From positions 1,608 through 65,607 of the forward strand of contig CAIXBR010000122.1 in the NCBI GenBank assembly GCA_903917735.1: a stretch of DNA of 64,000 bases. Reading direction: 5' to 3'. The notes under the pieces are model-generated. The model ran no database searches. It had not been told where the DNA came from and worked only from the letters and a program-made list of their open reading frames with translations. Shown one piece after another: positions 9,533-17,311 of this stretch. The DNA is from an uncultured Elusimicrobia bacterium. GTDB lineage: Bacteria; Elusimicrobiota; Elusimicrobia; Elusimicrobiales; UBA9959. Both the position numbers and the translations under genes were made by a program. Position 1 is the first letter of the stretch; each line of letters opens with the position of its first letter.

Positions 9533-10769
9533 ATGGCGCGCTTGAACAAAAAAACAGTAATGCTTGCGGTATTTTTATCCATTACAGGCGCCTTGCCGGC
9601 GGACGCCGCTTCGGAGCTTACCTATAACGACCTGCTGGCCAACGGAAACTTTTCCGCCGAGCCTGGTAAAATACTTACACCGGAACAGCTGGAGCAGGAT
9701 AAAAAGATCCTCGTCTACGCGCTTTCAAAAGGCTATCCCGGCGGTTTCCTTATGCGCAAAAAGGTCTTCCGCGGGGCTGTTAAAAAGATAGAGGCCGTTG
9801 CCTGTTCCACCGGCACGGCCTGCACGGCCAGGTACGCCTGCGAGGAGCTGGCCGAGGCGGTCTTCAGCATACCGGATAAGCAGCTCTTCCTGAGCGTCAC
9901 TGAGCGTCAGCGAAATGGAAAAGCAGTGCGGCAAAAGCTACAATGACAGCATATCGGAGAAACCCGGCACCGGCCCCAATATACACGCGGACAAAGCCAA
10001 AGTGTGGAGCATAACCTGGAAAAAGGCCGGCGCTGAAAATATCCCGGTGCTGGCTCTGCCTGTCTTAAGGGTGGAATCTTTAGCCTGGGACGGCATGAAA
10101 GAGGCGCTGGCGGCGGCCATAAGCAGCGCCCCTGCGCTGGTGATAGACCTGCGCGGGAATGTAGGCGGTTACGACGAAGGCGTCAGGCTGGCGGGGGAGG
10201 CCCTTTACGGCCAGAAGCCGCCGCTGGCCCTGAAGCGGACCACCTTTATACGCACCCCCGAGGCCATGGCCCTTAAAGTGAATTACGCGGAGCTGGACGT
10301 TTATTACAGCTCGGTAGCGCATTCCGGCAACCTGATACAATTCGAGTACAAGGCAAGAAAAGTCAAAGCCGAGCTGGAAAATGCGGTTGCAGGAAAACAA
10401 AAACCGCTGATAAGGAACGATTTTCCTCAAGGGCCGCTTGAGGATAACGGAAAGATCTTCAAAAAGCCGGTGTATCTTCTGGTGGACAGGCTCTGCGCTT
10501 CAGCCTGCGAGATCGGCGTGTTCTATCTGAGATCGCTTCCTAACGCCAGGACCGTAGGCGAGAACACGGCCGGCGATCTGGTCTCCAACCTTACTTCCAT
10601 CGCCATTCTTCCCAATAGTCATGTGCGGGTCTGGTTAGGGGACGTTTACCGCGAGTTCAATGAGCCAGTTACGGACCGCGCCGGTCTTGCGCCCGATATA
10701 AGAACGCCGAAAGACGCCGACTCGCTGGATTTCCTGCTGGGCCAACTTGCGGCCGGCGGCGCCCGGTAG
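9533..10769 (+). pseudogene. S41-family peptidase gene split by a frameshift (track ORFs 9533..9946 and 9915..10769)
   Basis: The N-terminal ORF has a signal peptide. The C-terminal ORF has S41-type motifs (VIDLRGNVGGYDEG; LVDRLCASACE). The two frames are joined exactly if one copy of the 10-bp tandem duplication at 9891-9910 is removed. Confidence 0.7.
9891..9910 (+). repeat. 10-bp tandem duplication (TGAGCGTCAC TGAGCGTCAG)
   Basis: Read directly from the sequence. It sits at the frame switch between the two S41 ORFs. Confidence 0.9.
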
Positions 10770-10999
10770 CCAGCGTTCCTACCCACAGTGCCCGGGGTCG
10801 AAGGGCCCAATACCACATAGGTCCAAATATTCACTGAATTTAGGCATTCCGCCTCATACCTCCCTGCCAGGTACTTTCATACCATTTAATCAGGCAACCT
10901 ACGAAGATCCAGAAGAGAGCAGGTAAGTGCAGCTTGTAAAATTCCAGCGGATACAATTCGGTCAGCCTTATGTAAAAAGGAGATATTAAGGAAACTAAG

Positions 11000-11788
11000 A
11001 TGAAATTCAGCGCAAAAGCGATAACCGCGGTAACTTTTATAGCGGCCATGGGCGTATCAGCGGCCGCCGCCACGATGGAAGAGCAGTCAGCGGAGCAGTT
11101 CAAGTCTTTCAATTCAATGTCGGTAACTGAAAGTGCCAAGATCGTTACCCCGACCCCGAGCTACAATACCCTCACCAGAGACATTTTCCGCGAAGTGGAC
11201 GCGTGTTCTATACTGAACGCGCAGTTCATAATGCAGCCCACCATAAAGGACGCACTGAGCATGCTCAAGCCTTGCCTGGACGGGGTTTCCAAGATGAACG
11301 GCAACGCCCAGATCACCGCCTCCGCTGTGAATAACGGCAAAGCCATCGAGATCGTAGTGCTCGGCGAAAAGAACGAAGCCGCGAAAGAACTTGTCCGCGG
11401 CGCCCTTGCCAAGCGGAACAACCAGGTCTTCGGCTATCCCGCCACCGCGGTGGTGCATGCCGCCGAGCCGCACGCGGCTTCCCGCTTCGTCTACGCCGAC
11501 GCCTTTGCCGGCATCCAGGCCTGCATCGTGGTGGACGCCAAGTTCATAATGCAGCCCACTATGAAGGACGCGCTGGGAATGCTGAAGCCCTGCCTGGACG
11601 AGGTTTCCAAGTCCCTCAACGCCCCGGTCTTCGCCGAACAGGCGCCCAACGGCGGCATAGAGATCGTGGTGCTCGGCAGCAAGAACGAGGCCGTGATCCC
11701 GGTGCTGAACAGCACCCTTATCAAGCGGAACAACCAGCTCTTCGGTTATCCCGCCGCCGCGGTAATTCATGCAGCTGTGCCCCACTAA
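11000..11788 (+). CDS. Secreted protein made of two tandem copies of an unknown ~95-aa domain
   Basis: Signal peptide MKFSAKAITAVTFIAAMGVSAAAA. The internal repeat (FIMQPTIKDALSMLKPCLDGVSK...RNNQVFGYPATAVVHAAEPH versus FIMQPTMKDALGMLKPCLDEVSK...RNNQLFGYPAAAVIHAAVPH) is also visible at the DNA level. Confidence 0.7.
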   Translation: MKFSAKAITAVTFIAAMGVSAAAATMEEQSAEQFKSFNSMSVTESAKIVTPTPSYNTLTRDIFREVDACSILNAQFIMQPTIKDALSMLKPCLDGVSKMNGNAQITASAVNNGKAIEIVVLGEKNEAAKELVRGALAKRNNQVFGYPATAVVHAAEPHAASRFVYADAFAGIQACIVVDAKFIMQPTMKDALGMLKPCLDEVSKSLNAPVFAEQAPNGGIEIVVLGSKNEAVIPVLNSTLIKRNNQLFGYPAAAVIHAAVPH

Positions 11789-11811
11789 GGCTTAGGAGCA
11801 ACATACCGGAG

Positions 11812-11840
11812 ACGGCCCGCCTTCATGCGGGCCGTTTTCC
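11812..11840 (+). terminator. Rho-independent terminator
   Basis: Stem ACGGCCCGC / GCGGGCCGT with loop CTTCAT, followed by TTTTCC. Confidence 0.6.
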
Positions 11841-11892
11841 GGTGTAACCAACCCGACACTACGCTGACGGGTTTACCTGCTATACTATTTAC

Positions 11893-13743
11893 GTGAAACC
11901 CGAAGAAATCCTTAAAAAACGCTGGGGCTACGACACCTTCAAGCCCCTGCAGAAAGAGGCCATAGAAGCGGCGCTCTCCGGGCGTGACTGTCTGGTGGTG
12001 CTGCCCACCGGCGGCGGAAAAAGCCTCTGCTACCAGTTGCCCGCGGCCATGGGCAAAGGCCTTGTGCTGGTGGTTTCGCCCCTGATAGCCCTGATGGACG
12101 ACCAGGTGGCCGCGGCGCGTGAAGCGGGGCTGGCCGCCGATGCCCTGCATTCCAATCTGAAGGCCGGTCCCAAAAAAGAAGTCTACGCTAATTTAAACAA
12201 TGGGACCACGGAGCTGCTCTACGTAAGTCCCGAGCGCCTGCTTACCGGCGACCTTTACGGAACTATCGCCCCGCGCGTAATACTGGCCGCCGTGGACGAG
12301 GCGCACTGCGTTTCCCACTGGGGGCACGAGTTCCGCCCCGAGTACCGCCGCCTCACCGAGGCGCTGGACCTTTTTCCCAAGGCCGCGCGGATGGCCCTTA
12401 CCGCCACCGCCACGCCCATAGTGCAGGAAGACATCCGTACCCAGTTGGCCCTGCGTTCCCCTGAAATTTTAATAGGCCACCCGGACCGGCCCAACCTCGT
12501 CTACCGCGCCTTCCCGCGCCGGGACCAGCTGAAGCAGGTGCTGGAGGTAGTGCGCGCCCACAAGGGCGAGGGCGGCATAGTTTACGCCCAGACCCGCAAA
12601 GACGTGGAGCGCCTGGCCGCGGGCTTGAAAAAGGACGGCGTCTCCAGCGCCCCGTACCACGCCGGCCTCAACGCCGAGGATCGGCGGAAGGCGCAGGACG
12701 ATTTCGTCAACGAGCGGCTGGACGTGATAGTGGCCACCATAGCTTTCGGCATGGGCATAGACCGCTCCAACGTGCGCTACGTGGTGCACGCCAACACGCC
12801 GCGCTCGGTGGAGCATTACCAGCAGGAGAGCGGCCGCGCCGGGCGCGACGGCCTGCCGGCGGACTGCACTCTTTTCTTTTCCGCCGCCGACCTGGCCACC
12901 CACCGCTGGATGGCCAAAAAGGAAATGCTCAGCGCCGAGCGCCTGCGCGCGCTGGAAAAACAGCTGCGCGACATTGGCCGCTTCGCGGTGGCCCCGGTGT
13001 GCCGGCACAGCCAGCTGGCCGGGCATTTCAGCGCGCCTTACCCCGTGGAGCCCCAGGCCGAAGAAGGCTGCGGTGCCTGCGACGTGTGCCTGGGCGAGAC
13101 CAGAGGCCTGTCGGACGAAGAGGCGCGGCTGACCGCGAAAAAAGTTCTGAGCGCCGCCTGGCGCGCCGAGGGCCGCTACGGCACCGGCTATGTGGTTAAT
13201 CTGCTGCTGGGCCGCATCAACGACCGTATGACCGCCAATGGCCACGACCAGATGAAGGTTTTCGGCCTGCTGAAAGAGGCGGGGGAGCCTGCGGTGCGCT
13301 CCTGGATAGATCAGCTGATAGTGCAGGACTACCTGGAAGTGACGGAAGACAACGAATATCCGCTGCTGCGCATTACCGCCGGGGGCCGCGCTCTCTGCCA
13401 GGACAAGGGCACGGTGCGGCTTGGCCTGCCCATGCCGCCCAAGGCCGGCAAGAAAAAAGCCAAAGTATTCAAGAAAGCGGAGAAAGCCGGGCTGGATTTC
13501 CAGGAAGCCGATCGTGACCTGTTCGAAAAGCTGCGCGCCCTGCGCCGCAGCGTGGCCGACAAAGCCGGCATACCGCCCTACGTCATCTGCCACGACACCG
13601 TGCTTATAGAAATGGCCTCTACAAAGCCGCAAACTCCTGAGGCCCTGCTGGCGATAAAAGGCATGGGCGACAAGCGCGTGCAGAAATACGGCCAGCTCTT
13701 CCTGGACGCCATAGCAGGCCGGCTGGAGCTCCCGCAGAGTTGA
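11893..13743 (+). CDS. recQ: ATP-dependent DNA helicase RecQ
   Basis: GTG start. Motifs VLPTGGGKSLCYQLPA, DEAHCVSHWGHEFRPEY, the RecQ zinc-binding Cys cluster (CRHSQ...CGACDVC) and a C-terminal HRDC-like region (DRDLFEKLRALRRSVADKAGIPPYVICHDTVLIEMA). Confidence 0.9.
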   Translation: MKPEEILKKRWGYDTFKPLQKEAIEAALSGRDCLVVLPTGGGKSLCYQLPAAMGKGLVLVVSPLIALMDDQVAAAREAGLAADALHSNLKAGPKKEVYANLNNGTTELLYVSPERLLTGDLYGTIAPRVILAAVDEAHCVSHWGHEFRPEYRRLTEALDLFPKAARMALTATATPIVQEDIRTQLALRSPEILIGHPDRPNLVYRAFPRRDQLKQVLEVVRAHKGEGGIVYAQTRKDVERLAAGLKKDGVSSAPYHAGLNAEDRRKAQDDFVNERLDVIVATIAFGMGIDRSNVRYVVHANTPRSVEHYQQESGRAGRDGLPADCTLFFSAADLATHRWMAKKEMLSAERLRALEKQLRDIGRFAVAPVCRHSQLAGHFSAPYPVEPQAEEGCGACDVCLGETRGLSDEEARLTAKKVLSAAWRAEGRYGTGYVVNLLLGRINDRMTANGHDQMKVFGLLKEAGEPAVRSWIDQLIVQDYLEVTEDNEYPLLRITAGGRALCQDKGTVRLGLPMPPKAGKKKAKVFKKAEKAGLDFQEADRDLFEKLRALRRSVADKAGIPPYVICHDTVLIEMASTKPQTPEALLAIKGMGDKRVQKYGQLFLDAIAGRLELPQS

Positions 13744-13821
13744 CCTGCGGGTCAAAAGACATAATTTTGTGGGACCAAAGGCCCCCGCGCTTTTTTCCGG
13801 CGCGGGGTATACTTTTTATAC

Positions 13822-14667
13822 ATGAGAGCCTTTAAAAACGTGTTTAAGAGCGGCCTGGCTTTGTCCGCGGCCCTTTTTTTTGTAAACAGCGCAAAAGCGG
13901 CGGACCTCTCATTCGATAATTCTTCCGGCAGTATGTCCCTGCTTGAAACGGTCCGCTCCGTTGAGCTTCCCGTAGTGCCCCTGCCCCGCCTTTCCGCGGC
14001 CGCCGCCATTCCCGGAGCGCATGTCTACAACTTCAGCGCTCTTTATTCCTCACTGGGCTATCCGTCCCCGGACTTTTTCGGCTCCAGCGAGCAGGAAGTG
14101 CAGGACCTGGAAACTTATACCAGTAAGGAAGATACTTTCTACAAGGAGATAAACGACTATCTCCGCTATTATCCCAAGCCCTACGACTGGTCCGGCACTT
14201 CCCCGGCTGCCGCCAAAATCATGGTAAAGAACATTGACCGCGTTTTCAGCAGAGTGCCGGCCCTCCCGGCCGACCTTGTTTTGTTCCGCGGCCTATCCTT
14301 GAAATACCACGGCAATAAGCCCTATGAGACGGGAGAGGAATTTACCGATAAAGGCTATGCTTCAACTTCGGTGTCCTATAAAGTGGCCCGCTATTTCGCC
14401 GTAGAGATGGACAGTGATGGAACTGCCGGCGACCGCAAGGCTATCTTTGCCATCTACCTGGGCCGCCCTGGGGTAAAGGGCGTACTGATCGACGAACAGG
14501 AGGATGAGGTCATCCTGAAGCATGGTACCAGGTTCAGGGTGATGGGGAAAAAGGATGACGTTAAGAAGTACGATCTTTACCTGGTGCAGGCCTGCGCGGC
14601 CTCCTGTGAAACAGTTCTAAAAAAAGACGCCGCGGATTTCTGGGCGGGTTTTACCGTGCAGGATTAA
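13822..14667 (+). CDS. Secreted ADP-ribosyltransferase, R-S-ExE class (C3/VIP2/iota-like exoenzyme fold)
   Basis: Sec signal peptide (MRAFKNVFKSGLALSAALFFVNSAKA). Catalytic triad motifs occur in canonical order and spacing: LVLFRG (Arg), GYASTSVS (STS), EQEDEVIL (ExE). Confidence 0.8.
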   Translation: MRAFKNVFKSGLALSAALFFVNSAKAADLSFDNSSGSMSLLETVRSVELPVVPLPRLSAAAAIPGAHVYNFSALYSSLGYPSPDFFGSSEQEVQDLETYTSKEDTFYKEINDYLRYYPKPYDWSGTSPAAAKIMVKNIDRVFSRVPALPADLVLFRGLSLKYHGNKPYETGEEFTDKGYASTSVSYKVARYFAVEMDSDGTAGDRKAIFAIYLGRPGVKGVLIDEQEDEVILKHGTRFRVMGKKDDVKKYDLYLVQACAASCETVLKKDAADFWAGFTVQD

Positions 14668-14749
14668 AAATATTTAAAGGCGCAGCGCGATTTATCCGAA
14701 GTAAAAACTCCTCCGGCATAAATATCCCGAAAATATTTTTTATTACCCC

Positions 14750-14778
14750 TTGACAAGTCAAGGTACTGCTGTTATACT
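14750..14778 (+). promoter_or_regulatory. Near-consensus sigma70 promoter
   Basis: TTGACA (14750-14755), a 17-nt spacer, then TATACT (14773-14778). The flank is AT-rich, and no protein gene follows. Confidence 0.7.
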
Positions 14779-14784
14779 CGGTAT

Positions 14785-15200
14785 GTAGTCTTGATCTCTT
14801 ACAAATGCGTCGCAAGTGTAGTCGAGGTGCTCTCGGTGGTGTGCGGTGGAGCTGTTCTCGGCCAGCGTTTTCAGTCAGCGGGTTCTGCCCGCACCGACGC
14901 GGTTTTTCCCGGTTCGCGGCCAGCTAGGTTTCGGTGTTAATGCTGTAGTGCGGTCGCTGGCGCGCGTTCTGTGGGTTTTTCCCCGGTCCGTCTCCCGCCC
15001 TTTAGGGCGGCGCGGTTTGCCGGGGCCCTGGTTAGGCGGTCCGCCTTCGGCGGCTTGCTGCCGGGTGGGTGTTCCGGCCCTTGGTCTTCGGCGCTAATGC
15101 GCCACTCGGTTCTCCGGCTCGCCCCTTGTGGTTGCGGTAGAAAAGTACCCTGGCCTGTGTGCCAATTGAAGAGCCCCCGTCCGCGGGGGCTCTCAATTTT
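14785..15200 (+). ncRNA. Candidate large structured non-coding RNA, unclassified (~415 nt)
   Basis: Bounded by the promoter above and a strong terminator. G+C-rich and A-poor on the + strand. Multiple local hairpins. No credible ORF on either strand. No match by eye to tmRNA, RNase P, SRP or 6S signatures. Confidence 0.6.
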
Positions 15201-15202
15201 AT
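15170..15202 (+). terminator. Rho-independent terminator
   Basis: 10-bp stem AGAGCCCCCG / CGGGGGCTCT with loop TCCG, followed by CAATTTTAT. Confidence 0.7.
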
Positions 15203-15221
15203 GACGAGTTGTCGATGGATA

Positions 15222-15333
15222 GGGGGGCGGCGAGGGGGTGCCCTGGAGCCGCTTTGGGGAGCGGGGCCCCGTTTCGGGGGAACCGCGCAACGGTTCCTGC
15301 GCGGCGGAATGGGCACCCCCTTGCCGCCCCTCC
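15222..15333 (+). ncRNA. Second structured element: ~22-bp closing helix around a multi-hairpin core (class unknown, strand tentative)
   Basis: GGGGGGCGGCGAGGGGGTGCCC (15222-15243) pairs with GGGCACCCCCTTGCCGCCCCTC (15311-15332). The interior contains hairpins CCCCG-TTT-CGGGG and GAACCG-CGCAA-CGGTTC. Confidence 0.45.
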
Positions 15334-15367
15334 GATTTATTTTCAGACGCGTCTAAATAAAAATAAA

Positions 15368-15398
15368 GAGCCCTCTCAGCGAGGGGCCTTTTATTTGT
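15368..15398. terminator. Possible bidirectional terminator between the RNA locus and the amidase gene
   Basis: Imperfect GC stem (GCCCTC / GAGGGG), flanked by TTTTATTT on the + strand and an A/T-run on the - strand. Confidence 0.45.
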
Positions 15399-15410
15399 CA
15401 CGGGTGAATT

Positions 15411-16199
15411 TTAGCGGGGCTGGTATTGCTGGATGCCGGCGGCTATGGCCTGGGCCATTTTTTCCTGGCCCGCGTCGGATTTTATGAAGGCGGCGTCGTT
15501 CTTGTTGGTGAGTACCACCATTTCTATGGTGATGGTGGGGATCTGCGAGAAGATGGAAAATGTCAGCGCGCCCTGGGTGGAACCTACCTGCGTGCGCGAA
15601 TCGCCGAATAAGCCACGGGAAGGCATTACTCCGGCCAGCTGAGTTCTCATGGCGCCGCTCATCATGCCGCCGAAATCCTGGCTGGTCTGCATCACTTCTT
15701 TTGACGGGCCCTTGAAGCCGTTGTCCGGGTCGTCTTTGTAATCATGTGTGCCGATGCGGTCCGGATAGTAGATGGCGAAGCCGCTGCCGGGGGTGCTTTC
15801 ACAGTGCAGGTGCACGGCCAGAGCGGCGCCAGCTCGGTTGCATATCAGCGCCCGGTCCTTGTTCTCCACGTACTGCATCTCCGCGGACTTGGTCATCACC
15901 ACTTCAAAGCCTTTTTCCTTAAGGATACGTTCAAGCCTCTGGGATACCTGCCAGTTTATGTGGTTCTCATTGGTGCCGTTCACCATGTCGGTGGCGGCGT
16001 TGAAAGTGTTGGGGTGGCCGGGGTCCACGCAGATCAGATTGGGGTTGACCACGGCCTGCGGAGCCGGCGGCATTGGCAGGGGCGCGTCTGCCGCTTTTAT
16101 GCCTGTGGCGGAAGCGGGGAGGCCTGCCCAGTCGGCGTGAGCGGGCGGCAAAAAGCCCAGTGCAAGGGCGGCCGCGAAGATGAATATAAGGTGGTTCAT
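15411..16199 (-). CDS. N-acetylmuramoyl-L-alanine amidase (Amidase_3 family), secreted
   Basis: Signal peptide. Amidase_3 metal-site motifs CVDPGHP, ENHINW, AVHLHCES. Typical length. Confidence 0.85.
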   Translation of the reverse strand: MNHLIFIFAAALALGFLPPAHADWAGLPASATGIKAADAPLPMPPAPQAVVNPNLICVDPGHPNTFNAATDMVNGTNENHINWQVSQRLERILKEKGFEVVMTKSAEMQYVENKDRALICNRAGAALAVHLHCESTPGSGFAIYYPDRIGTHDYKDDPDNGFKGPSKEVMQTSQDFGGMMSGAMRTQLAGVMPSRGLFGDSRTQVGSTQGALTFSIFSQIPTITIEMVVLTNKNDAAFIKSDAGQEKMAQAIAAGIQQYQPR

Positions 16200-16319
16200 A
16201 GCCTTAATTCTATTTTAACAGGCGTAGAATTCTTGTCAAGGGCCGTAAGTCGGCCTTTTCCGGGGCAAAAGGGACCGCTCTATTATATGGTTTGTGCCGT
16301 GCGGCGGCCTGCTGGAAAG

Positions 16320-17201
16320 TCAGGGGATAGTGAACTGGCCGCCGTACGGGTTTACGGTTACCGGCCCGGAGAAATCCATATTGCCAGAGGCGCAGATGGC
16401 CAGCATGGCGTCGGCCCTGCCTACGGACTCGGCCCAGGCCGCGCTGGTGGCCGGGTCGCTGGCATGCGCAAGGGTAGCCTTGCGTATTTTCAGGAATTTG
16501 TTAAGCCAGGCCTTTTCATCCCCGCCGGCCGAGGGCGGTTTTACGGCCTTGGAGACTTTCTTTATCATGGCGCCCAGGCCGTCCGGATCGCTCCCGGTGC
16601 CGTGCTGTATGGCCGCTTCGTACAGGGCTACCTTCGAAAAGTCACGCCGCAGGCCAAGCTGCGCGGAGTAATTCAGCGCAGGCCGGTAGTATAAGTCGTC
16701 TGAAACGGCGTCCTGCGCCTCGCAAAAAAGTTTATCCTGTGCAGCCAGCTGCCACGCCTTCGGGAAGCCCTCCAGGCCTTTGGTGGAATCGCTGGAGAGT
16801 CCGGCCAGTTCCTTCAGGCGGGGGAGGTATTTCGCCAGGGGGGCGTTCGGCTTGATATTTATGTACCGCTCTACCACCAGTAGCAGATCCCCGCAGCCGG
16901 AACAAAAGCCGGCGCGCCCCGCCGTATACCCCCTCCCGTCGCCGAGGTCCTCTATGTAGCCGTACTGCGGCTCAAGCGCGGAGTTCTCGAAAATACTGAT
17001 GAGCATGTCGGCGCGTTTCTTCTGCGCCGGGCTCAAACCGGGCTCATTGGCCGCCGGTTTTAGTATGGCGGCCGGGTTTCCCGCTTCCGGCGCTTTAATG
17101 TCGCCGGCGATGGCTGTTGCCTGCAGCCAGGTCTGTCCTTGCGAGGGGACCGCCGCCAACACTAAGAGCGGGATAAGGAAATATAACCGGAAATTTAACA
17201 T
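16320..17201 (-). CDS. GH46 chitosanase, secreted
   Basis: Signal peptide. Aligns closely along its length with remembered Streptomyces N174 chitosanase blocks (FENS...YGYIEDLGDGRGYTAGRAGFCSGCGDLL; AKYLP; GGDEKAWLNKFL). Confidence 0.85.
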   Translation of the reverse strand: MLNFRLYFLIPLLVLAAVPSQGQTWLQATAIAGDIKAPEAGNPAAILKPAANEPGLSPAQKKRADMLISIFENSALEPQYGYIEDLGDGRGYTAGRAGFCSGCGDLLLVVERYINIKPNAPLAKYLPRLKELAGLSSDSTKGLEGFPKAWQLAAQDKLFCEAQDAVSDDLYYRPALNYSAQLGLRRDFSKVALYEAAIQHGTGSDPDGLGAMIKKVSKAVKPPSAGGDEKAWLNKFLKIRKATLAHASDPATSAAWAESVGRADAMLAICASGNMDFSGPVTVNPYGGQFTIP

Positions 17202-17311
17202 TCAGATTTATTTTACAAAGTTTGGCATGCGCGGTTGACAAAAAGCGGCCGGGCCTTTTTAGAACCCTGCTTTTATCTAAAATAGGTAGAATTTAGGTAT
17301 CAAGGGTGAAT

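Noticed and set aside
10840-11139. 99-aa - strand ORF overlapping the start of the 11000..11788 gene.
   Set aside because: It overlaps a better-supported + strand gene that has a signal peptide and an internal repeat. It has no SD or motif of its own.
12469-13755. 428-aa ORF on the - strand covering most of recQ. Similar long antisense ORFs occur at 15744..16694, 18020..18838, 20578..21267, 20709..21491, 33876..34745, 8478..9302 and 957..1550.
   Set aside because: These are shadow ORFs typical of high-G+C coding DNA. Their products are Arg/Gly/His/Pro-rich with no motifs, and the opposite strand carries unmistakable motif-rich genes.
13822-15200. Type III toxin-antitoxin idea, with the repetitive RNA acting as antitoxin for the ART.
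   Set aside because: The ART has a Sec signal peptide, so it does not need an intracellular antitoxin. The RNA lies downstream with its own promoter. Its motifs are short and irregularly spaced, not exact tandem repeats like ToxI.
14785-15333. Identification of the RNA locus as tmRNA, RNase P RNA, SRP RNA, 6S RNA, a riboswitch, a retron msr/msd or an omega/IscB-type RNA.
   Set aside because: None of the hallmark signatures is present. These are GAGGAAAGUCC for RNase P, the tRNA-like GGUUCGAxUCC...CCA end and tag ORF for tmRNA, and the GGAA-tetraloop/AGCAGCC motif for SRP. There is no downstream gene for a riboswitch, and no RT, IscB or TnpB gene nearby. It stays unclassified rather than assigned.
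14846-15487. Track ORFs inside the candidate RNA locus (14846..15097 +, 14937..15401 -, 14971..15204 +, 15032..15316 -, 15159..15356 +, 15209..15487 +).
   Set aside because: They overlap each other in several frames on both strands. They lack SD sequences and are low-complexity Arg/Pro/Gly-rich. This fits G+C-rich non-coding DNA rather than genes.
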